Positions 14,658 through 23,359 of a stretch of 23,359 bases of DNA are shown in pieces. Source of the stretch: Gemmatimonadota bacterium (GTDB lineage Bacteria > Gemmatimonadota > Gemmatimonadetes > Gemmatimonadales > GWC2-71-9); assembly GCA_036679645.1 (NCBI GenBank), contig JAZDCY010000087.1:1-23359 (forward strand), read 5' to 3'. The position numbers were made by a program, and so were the translations under genes. Within the stretch, counting starts at the first letter, position 1; the number at the start of each line of letters is the position of its first letter. The notes beneath the pieces were generated by a model. The model was not told where the DNA came from. It saw only the letters and a list, made by a program, of their open reading frames with translations, and searched no databases.

Positions 14658-17304
14658 CTAACTCGTCGCGAGCCTCCCCACGAACTGCAGGATCTCTTCG
14701 ATCTCGGCAGGCCGGAAAACTCCCCGAATCCCCTGGGGGTGAATCTGGGTGAACGGCCGCTCGATGAGATGGCTCTTTTCGACCAGGCCGGTCTGAAGGA
14801 TGAACGTTCGGAGCGTCTGGATGAATCGGATCTGCAACGCCGAGTAGTCGTTGTGTCTCCCGATGAAGTCGTCGAACGCGCGTGTGATCTCCGCGGACCA
14901 ACTCTCCACCAGCTCCAGGCCCAGCACGTGGCGCAGCAATTGGAGGAAGTTCGCTGTCCGTGCGTCGTAGACCTGTCTGAGTTGCTCCTCCGTGATGTAC
15001 GGGTCCTGGCCGCGCAGGAGACTGGCCAGCTCCCGCAACTCCGTCTCGCTCACCTCCTCGCCCCGCTGGATCTTCTGAAGCACCGGGTTCTCGGCCACGA
15101 GAGTGCGGATGTACGTCTCCACCCTTTCCCGGTACGCGGCGGTCGACAGGCGTTCGTGTTCCGGTCCGAACTCGATGTATTCCTTCAGCACGACCGCGTC
15201 TTCGAGATCGAGCTTGAGGATCGGGTCCCGGTGGCGCTGCCGGTATTTCATGAGCGGACCGAGCCTCTGCACCAACTCGCGTAAGCCAGCGTCATCCGCC
15301 CCCTTCCACCACGCCTCTTTGAGTACCCGATCGATAAGCGGCTTCTCTTTCGCCACGACGTTCACCGTGAGGGGCAGCTCTTCCACCTGCGTCCGCACGG
15401 ACTCCTTCAACGCCTCGACCGCATCGTCGTTGCGGGATAGCAAGGCGGTCCCCAACTCCACCACGTCCGTCTCGAACCGCAGCGCCTTGAACTCGGCGTC
15501 CGTGCGTACGCGCATGACGGGAGCGATTACCGTCCGGAGAAAGCCAAGGTCCTCAGGCCTGAGTCTCTCCCAGTACGAATCATCCCCGCTCTGAGGTCCG
15601 TCTTGATGGTCTCGATTACGTTAGTCGCACCTTCGGCGAACGCGACCTCCAGCTTGTCCAGCCGCGCCTTGAAGAGCCGCACCGGCACGGGTACCTGAGT
15701 GCCCGGTTCCCGGCCCTCGGGTTGCATGTCGAAGTACTCGAAGTTTCCCCAGCAGTCGATGATCAGGAACCGGTCCTTCTCGGTGCACCACGGTTTGCGT
15801 TTCTCCGGATCGGCATCGAGAATTCGCGTGCCCCGGCCGATCATCTGCCAGAACTTCACGTAACTGTAGACCGGCTTGGCGAAGACCAGGCTTACGACCT
15901 CGAGGATGTCGACGCCCGTATCCAGCATGTCCACCGAGATCGCAACGCGCGGCATGTCAGACGTCTTGAACTGATCCAGCAGTCCGCCTTTACCGTAGAC
16001 GAATCGGTCCTCGGAGACCAACACGCGGGCCAGGCGTCCGCGATGTTCCGGGTACAGCGCGTCGAAGATTTCCTGAAGGCGCCGCGCGTGTTTCTTGGAA
16101 ATCGCAAAGATGATCGTCTTCCCCGGCAGCGTACCCGAGGAATCCTTGATGCACTCCTCCATGAACTCGCGGACGATGAGTGCGTTGGTCGGTGCGTTGG
16201 TGACCTTGCGCTCGAGATCGGTGCCCGCGAAATCGATGTCCTCGACGTCCAGTCCGTCCGCTGTGAGCTTCTGTTGAATGGGCGGTGGGAGCGTGCCGCC
16301 GTGAATTCCCTCGAGCTGGAACTTCGAGCGGACTTTGAGCACTTCGAAGTTGCACAGGTAGGGAGGATCGTGCTCGATGGCTTCCTGATACGAATACGCA
16401 AACGACGGTTCACCCGGATCGCACTCGAACAGTTGGAACGTGTCGTGGTCTACGTGATCGCGCGGCGTCGCGGTCAGGCCAAGTTTGATTCCGTGGAAGT
16501 AGTCCACGACGTGCTGGTACGTGTTGTAGATGCTCCGGTGGCTCTCGTCAGCAATGATGAGATCGAAGAAGAAAGGCGAGATCCAGGTTCCCGGACTCGT
16601 ACCGGCCTGGATGCGGCTCAGCATCGTGGGATACGTGGTCACGTAGATGCGGCGGTTTGCGGCCCACGTGTGCTCGCCCTGCTTGGGCCAGGGCGGTGCC
16701 GCGGGCATGAATTCCTTGAACGCGCCCAGCGCCTGATCTCTGAGTGCAATCCGGTCGACGAGAAAGAGCCCCCTTCGAGGAGACTGCGGATAGCGGCAAT
16801 CTGGTAGTCCCGACCGGCGATATCTGTATCGATCAGCTCGACCGACAGCGGTTTCCGGCTCTCGCGTCGTTGGACGAGCCACTCGAGGTCGTCGGGTGTG
16901 GGGAAGCCGTGCACGGTGACAGGCGGATAGTGATCCGACTCCCAGTGGTAGATGTCGTAGCCGTTCGTGTACATGACGAACGGCGTTGCCCCACCGTGGA
17001 TTTTCTGGAGGTTCTCCGCGTACCGCAGCGCCTGTTCCTGGCCGAGCCGCGCGTCCTTCGAGGTACGCTTCGCTTCAACGACCGCCGTGGGCTTCCCGCG
17101 GAGTAGCAGCCCATAGTCGGCGAATTGGTGGCCCTCGTAGGGATGATCCGGTCGCTCTTCCCCCACGAAGAGTCCTGCCTTGCGCAGTTCGATATCCAGT
17201 TCCTGAATTACGTGCGACGGGTCGCGCACGTCCCAACCCGCCAGCGCGAGTTTCTCGTCGATGATCTGCTGGCGTGTTTGGGCTTCGTCGTAAGGCCGTG
17301 TCAT
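14658..17304 (-). pseudogene. hsdR: Type I restriction endonuclease R subunit (EcoEI-like), split into three frames by two apparent deletions
   Basis: FADY..VVEAKR nuclease motif and RDYQIAAI (ORF 16639-17304); LFLVDRIAL, IADESHRS, LTATP, MLDTGVD, QMIGRGTR (ORF 15527-16882); EcoEI-type C-terminus (14658-15515). No GxGKT Walker A between RDYQ and LFLVDR (break near 16770); second break near 15588. Confidence 0.9.
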
Positions 17305-17324
17305 GCAGACGGCTCCGTGGTCGG

Positions 17325-20300
17325 TTAGGCCAGCGCCTCGCTCACGATCCGTTGCTGTTCTGCCTTGTGCGCGGCCGGATACCCCTCGGCGGGGCTCGAG
17401 CGCTCGGGCCGCGAGATCCAGCGGACGGGAAGGCGGTCATGCACGATCATCTCGATCTTAGGCACCATCCACTTGCGGGGGCCCATGTTCTCAGGCTCCT
17501 CCTGCAACCACACGATCTCTTGCAGCTTGGGGTATTGCTCGATCACCTCCTCGAGCCGCTCGTCCGGCAGTGGGTAGAGCAACTCGATCCGCCCGACGGC
17601 GACGTGCACCGACTGCTCGCGTTGTTCCGCGGCCACTACATCGTAGTACACCTTACCCGAGCAGAACACGAGACGCGTGACGGCGTCGCGGCCATTGGCG
17701 CGCTCGGCGTCGTCGATCACCGGGGAGAACCCGCCGGTCGCGAGGTCCGTGAGAGACGAGATCGCCTTTGGATGGCGCAGCAGGCTCTTGGGCGTGAAGA
17801 TCATGAGCGGGCGCGCCTCCGAGTGCAATCCCTGGCGGCGCAGCAGGTGGAAGTACTGAGCCGGCGTGGAGCAATTCGCTACACGGATGTTGCCCTCGGC
17901 GGTCAGCGCGAGAAACCGTTCGATACGCGCGCTGGAATGTTCCGGGCCCTGTCCTTCGTACCCGTGAGGTAGCAGGAGGGTTAGACGCGATGTCTGTCCC
18001 CATTTCGCGAGACCCGCTATGAGAAACTGATCGATGATGATCTCCGCGCCGTTCACGAAGTCGCCGAACTGTGCCTCCCAGATCACCAACGCCTCGGGAA
18101 CATCCGACGCATACCCGTACTCGAATCCCAGCGCGCCGTACTCGGAGAGCGGCGAGTTGTGTAACTCGAGCGGCGAGGTTGCCCCGGTGATCTGCTGTAC
18201 CGGCACATGCTCATCACCGGTCTCGGCATCGTGCAGCACGAGATGACGCTGACTGAAGGTGCCGCGCTCGGGCGGGACTCCATCCTGCCGCAGCGAGCCA
18301 AGCGCCAGCGCTTCAGCCTGTGCCCAGTCCAGCCCGCCGCCGTTCTCCGCGACTGCCGTACGCTGCGCGAACTGACGCACGAGTTTGCGGTTCAGGTGGA
18401 AGCCGTCGGGGACGGTGTACAATTCCGCATTGAGTTGGCGCAGGCGTGTATCGTCGACGGTGGTGTCCGGTTCGCCGGCTGCGCGAAACATGCTCGATAT
18501 GCGGTCGGGTTCTTCGCCCTCCTCCAAACGTTCGATGTCCTTGCGCAACCGATCCTGAGTGTCGCTCAGTTCCTGGTAGACTCGTGCCGATTCGGCCTCC
18601 GCCTCGTCGGCGGTAAGGACCTTCAAGTCCACCAGCCGTTTCGCATACAGATCGCGCACCGGCGGATGACCGTCGATGAGCTGGTACATGAGCGGCTGCG
18701 TGTAGCGTGGCTCATCGCCCTCGTTGTGTCCGTGCCGGCGGTATCCGACCAGGTTGATTACGAAATCCTCCTGGAACTTTTTCTGGTACATCAGGGCCAG
18801 CCGTATCGCGGCCAGGCACGCTTCGGGGTCATCGGCGTTCACGTGGGCGATGGGCACGTCGTAACCCTTTGACAAGTCGCTTGCGAAGTCGGTGGACCGC
18901 GAGTCGGCCGGATCTGTGGTGAACCCCACCTGGTTATTAGTGATGATGTGGAGCGTCCCACCGGTGTCGTAGCCCTCGAGGTTCGCGAGGTTCAAAGTCT
19001 CCGCGACGATGCCCTGGCCGGCGAACGCGGCATCGCCGTGAATCAAGACCGGGAGCACCGGGGTGGGGTCGTGGATCGCCTCGGGGCCGGACCGATCGGT
19101 CTGCTTGGCGCGAGCGTTGCCCTCGACGACGGGATTCACCGCCTCCAGATGGCTCGGGTTCGGCATGAGCGTGATGCCGATCTCTTCGCCGTGCACGGTC
19201 GTGTAGGTCCCGCTGGCGCCGTGATGGTACTTCACGTCTCCCGTCCCGCCGGCAGCCCATCATGGAACGCCACGTCGAGTGTCGCGTGCAGCATCGGGAC
19301 CAGCATATCCAGTCCCTCGATGCCGAACCGCTTGTGGCCGAGGTAGTTCTTGTGCAGGAATCGCTCGAGTACGTCGACGCACGTAAGCTGGCCCAGCAAT
19401 CGTTTCTTCTCTTCGTCGGTCAGCGGAGTCCGGTGCTCCCCTGACTCGATGACACGCCGCAACCAGACGCGCTCTTCGTGAATGGAGATGTGCTCGATCT
19501 CGTAGGCGATCGTGCCGCAATATGTCTCCCGCAGTCGGGGGAGGATGTCCGCGAGCGTTTCACCGCCCACGTAGGTGCGGAACACCGGGGCCGGCAGCGC
19601 GCGCATGATGTCGGGCGTGAGATCCAGCGACTCGGGATCGAGCGCGGGATCGCCGCGCGGTGCCGTGCCGAGGGGATCTAGCTGTGCGGCCAGATACCCG
19701 TGTGTTCGATGGGCTCGCACGAGCGACATGGCGGCGGCCACGTGATAGAGTTGCTCCGCGGGTACGCCACCAGGCGCGGGAGCCAGGGCGGTCGTGGCCG
19801 GGGCGGACGCGGCGGCGACCGCCCTGCCGCTCTCCCACTCCGCGCCCATCTCCTCCGCGATCTCGTCGTAGAATCTGTGCTCGCCTTGCAGCAGCGCATC
19901 GACGTACTGCAGGAACAGTCCCGACTCGGCTCCCTGGATGATGCGGTGGTCGTAGGTGGACGTGATCATCATGAGCCGGCGTCCTGCCAACTCACGGATC
20001 GTCCCAGAGGCAATGATCGAGCCCTGGCCCTTCTTGGTGAGCGTGATCGTCCCGCCCATATACGCGTCGGGCATCAGCTTGCTCGCTCGCGCGCCCGCGA
20101 CGAGCCGCTCGTACTCCCGGTGGTACTCGGCGAACGTCATGGTATCCGCAGCCTTGAGGATGGGGACCATGAGCCCCCGGCTGCCGTCCTTGCGTTCCAC
20201 GTCTACCGCGAGGCCAAAGTTCACGGCGTCGGGCTGTGTGCGGTGCGGTCCGTCCTCCGTGTCGAGCACGGCGGAGATCATCGACGGGAACTGCTCGCAT

Positions 20301-20806
20301 GCCCGCACGATGGCCCAGCCGATGATATGTGTGAACGAGAGCTTGAGTTTGCGTGCCGCTATCTCTCCGTTCACGAACTTCCGGAAGTCCCACAACCGTG
20401 TGACCTCGATCTCGCGGAACGACGTCGCGGTGGGCAGATCGAGCGATGCTTCCATGTTCTGGAGCAATCGTAGGGCGGGACCGGTTATCGGGCTGCCCGA
20501 AGTGGCGGCGGGAGACTTGGGAGGTGACTTGTCCTCGTCCTTTCGGTGTGGAGGGGTCTCTGCCTTGCCGCGGTCTACCGGGAGCACGTCCGCTGCGGGC
20601 GGCTCGCCCTGCAGTCCCTGCTCGAACAACTCGCGCCACTCCGGCGGCACGGAGTTGGGGTCGCGCAGGAAATCTTCGTACAGCGCCTGCGCGAATCCGG
20701 AGTTGACGGTCTCGAATACGTTCTCGAACACTGGGTTGTGGCTCTCCGTAGCGGCTGAGTGCGTCGGGGACTCTGAGAAGATAAGGTGCATGGCTCCCGG
20801 CGGCAC
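17325..20806 (-). CDS. sucA: Multifunctional 2-oxoglutarate dehydrogenase E1 / Kgd (N-terminal E2-like domain + ThDP-dependent E1), apparently disrupted near 19250
   Basis: LYEDFLRDPNSVPPEWR, TYDHRIIQGAESG, KRFGIEG, GDVKYHHG, NPSHLEAV, IHGDAAFAGQG, GYRRHGHNEGD, WEAQFGDF, GYEGQGPEHSSAR. Split into ORFs 19232-20806 and 17325-19235. The true start may be GTG at 20731. Confidence 0.93.
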
Positions 20807-20896
20807 CGCATAGGGCGGGGGTGTGCTGGCGCCGCCCGCGTCACAGCCCGTATCTTATCGTTTCCTGATCGTCCCCTTTGCACGCTGAGGTAGGCC

Positions 20897-22850
20897 ATGA
20901 AGCTGTCCCAGTCCTTCGCCCTCGTTGCCGGTGCGCTCGCGGTTACGCTCGCATCCGCGGCCGCACAGGAACCTGCCAGCATCCAGGTCGCCCCCGATAC
21001 GCTGCGTCTGGCAGTGGGCGACTCGGTGCGAATCGAGGCCCAAGTGCTCGACGCCGACGGCGACGTTCTGAGCGACGTACCGCTCCGGTTCTTTTCGCGC
21101 AATCGGCGCGCGCTGGCCGTCTCTCGCGACGGTCTCGCGATGCCCAAGCGTGGGGGCACGTTCGAGATCTTCGCGTTCGTGACCACGGGACGTCGGGTCT
21201 CCACGCGCATTGCGGTCATCGTTGCGTTTCCGCCCATCGAGCGGGTTGCCATCGCTGCTTCGGGCGACCGGTTTTTTGTAGGCGGCACGGTGCGGCACAA
21301 CGCGACCGTGATCGACGCCGCCGGGATGGAGCGAGCCGAGGTCCCGGTACGGTGGAGCACATCGGACGAGTCGATCGCGACCGTGTCGCAGACGGGGCTC
21401 ATGACAGCGCATCGGGAAGGCACCGTTTCGTTACGGGCCACCGCAGACGGCGTGACCGGTGAGCATCGCTACGACGTGGTGGCGAATCCCATCCGGACAG
21501 TCACGTTGTCGGCGAGCGCGGATTCGGCGCGCACGGGTGACGTCATCGTGTTCTCCGCAGCTGCGCTCGACGCACGTGGCCGGCCGGTTGAGGACGCACC
21601 GGTGACGTTCACGCTGCTCGCGGATACTGAGGACTCGATCGTGGCGCACTCACCGGCGGCGGAGATCGACGACCGGGGACGGTTCGTGGCTGAGCGACCG
21701 GGAGCGTATACGGTGATGGCGATTTCCCCGGGGCAGGTCGCGTACCACAGTGTGCGAATCACGAACCGGCACGTGAGCCAGCTGGTACAGACCGTGGGCC
21801 AGGGTGCCGTGCGCGACGTGCGCACTTCCGATCTCTGGGTGTGGGAAGGCGTCGACGGACGCGATTACGCCGTCACCGGAACGTGGGGTGCGCAGGGCAC
21901 GGCCTACTTCTGGGACGTCACCAACCCAGGGGCAATCGAGCTGATCGATAGCATCGTGGTCGATGCACGCACCGTGAACGACGTCAAGGTGTCGGAAGAT
22001 GGCAGCGTCTGTGTCATCTCGCGCGAGGGCGCGTCCAACCGGCGCAACGGGCTCGTGATTCTCGACTGTACCGATCCGCACAACGTGGAGATTCTCGCGA
22101 CCTTCGACGACGAGCTTACGGGCGGTGTCCACAACCTGTTCGTGTATCGCGACCATATCTATGCCGTGAACAACGGTCGCAAGTACGACATCATCAACAT
22201 CGAGGATCCGCGGAACCCGCATCGCGTCGGCGTGTTCGAGCTGGACGCGGTGGGCCACGCGGTCCACGATGTGTGGATCGTTGACGGCATTGCCTATTCG
22301 TCCAACTGGGGCGACGGGGTCGTTCTCACCCGGTGCAGTTCGCCCAGTACCGCGATTTTGGCGGTGCGACGCACGCCGCGTTTCCGTACCGCAGCCCGAC
22401 GGGCCGGTTCTATGTCTTCATGGGCGACGAGATTGGCCGCTCTAACGGCGGCCCGACCGGCGAGAACGGCCGCGCCGTGCCCAACACCCCCGACGCGATG
22501 TCGGGATGGATCCACGTGGTCGACTTCACTAATCCCGAGAGCCCGGAGGAGGTGGCCCGCTACGAGGTGCCGGAAGCGGGTTCGCACAACCTCTGGATCG
22601 AGGGCGACAAGCTCTATGCGTCGTTCTACAACGGCGGGACGCGGGTCGTGGACATCAGCGGTGAGTTGAAAGGGAATCTCGGCCGGCAGGGACGCGAGAT
22701 CGCGCGATTCATGGCGTTCGATCCGGACGCGTACGTTGCCAATGCGCCGTTCTCGTGGGGCCCGCAGCTCTTCAAGGGCCACATCTTCATCGCCGAGCAC
22801 AACAGCGGTCTGTGGTCGATCAAACTGCAGGAGCCGCCGCCGGTGTTGAC
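20897..22850 (+). CDS. Secreted Ig-like-domain + LVIVD-repeat (choice-of-anchor-B-like) protein; frameshift near 22329, 3' end uncertain
   Basis: Signal peptide; VRWSTSDESIATVSQTG (Big_2-like); SDLWVWEGVDGRDYA, VNDVKVS, GVHN, HDVW. From 22330 another frame gives PVQFAQY..THAAFPY..FMGDE..GSHNLW..YNGG..WGPQLFKG..NSGLWSIKL. Confidence 0.8.
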
Positions 22851-23359
22851 AGGGACCCCGCAGCAGCCCCTCCGCCGTATCCTGGCGGTGGGACTCTGGG
22901 CGGTGGCCGCGTGCGTCTTGCTCGTTGGAACACCGGCTGCCGGGCAGGAGCCGTCGTACTTCGTGTACGTCGCGTCGGAGTCGGCGGACGAGGTGTCGCT
23001 GCTGCGATTCACGCCCGGCGACGGGTTGCATGTCGATAAGGTGATCTCGGTCGGGTTCTTCCCGGCCGAGATGGAGGGACCACACGGCATCAACATGGAT
23101 CCCTCGGGTGAGTACTGGTATCTCACGCTGGGCCACGGGTTTCCGTTCGGGAAGCTGCTGAAATACCGCACGGGTGTCGACACGCTCGTGAGTTGGGTCG
23201 ATCTCGGGTTGTTCCCAGCGACCGCGGTCGTATCGCCGTCCTCCAGGTTCGCGTTCGTGGTGAATTCCAACTTTTACGGTGAGCACGTCCCGAGCACCGT
23301 GTCGGTCGTCGACGTGGAGTCGATGGTGGAGCTGGACCGACTCCAGACGTGCACAATGC
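22843..23359 (+). CDS. YncE-like beta-propeller protein, runs off the right edge; start uncertain
   Basis: Signal-peptide-like RRILAVGLWAVAACVLLVGTPAAG, then YFVYVASESADEVSLLRF..EGPHGI..YWYLTLGHGFPFG..NSNFYG..STVSVVD..TCTM. In frame with the LVIVD C-terminus with no stop between them. Confidence 0.75.
   Translation, partial: MLTGTPQQPLRRILAVGLWAVAACVLLVGTPAAGQEPSYFVYVASESADEVSLLRFTPGDGLHVDKVISVGFFPAEMEGPHGINMDPSGEYWYLTLGHGFPFGKLLKYRTGVDTLVSWVDLGLFPATAVVSPSSRFAFVVNSNFYGEHVPSTVSVVDVESMVELDRLQTCTM

Noticed and set aside
14607..23286. Long antisense ORFs (15722-16807 +, 17274-17972 +, 19956-20813 +, 22294-23286 - and similar)
   Set aside because: These are typical high-GC antisense shadows of hsdR, sucA and the LVIVD/YncE genes, with no motifs of their own.

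Overview
GC-rich window, plausibly from a Gemmatimonadota-like host (inference from the Kgd-type sucA and the LVIVD/YncE genes). It holds a ~17.3 kb defence island (1-17304) that abuts housekeeping genes (sucA/kgd, an Ig+LVIVD protein, a YncE-like protein). The centrepiece is an intact, translationally coupled ubiquitin-like conjugation operon on the minus strand (Ubl ending in Gly, E2-like, JAB/MPN, E1/ThiF; BilABCD-like). It is preceded by an XRE-HTH plus ImmA/IrrE metallopeptidase pair (CapH/CapP-like). A shared 20-bp quasi-palindrome lies upstream of both the HTH gene and the Ubl gene. Downstream are a small PD-(D/E)xK-like gene, a 48-aa zinc-ribbon gene missed by the ORF track, a conserved KTYP-motif gene and a convergent DUF488 gene. 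The island also has a type I R-M locus (hsdR broken, hsdM and hsdS intact) with an inserted fic gene and a REP-like hairpin cluster, an XRE-ImmA fusion plus PIN pair, a DUF433 antitoxin with a truncated PIN toxin, a collapsed three-piece duplicate of 4692-6331, and an AAA/DUF4143 ATPase running off the left end. Many genes outside 6588-14581 carry frameshifts or short deletions, including sucA, so sequencing or assembly error cannot be excluded. All family calls are from motif recognition; no database search was run.
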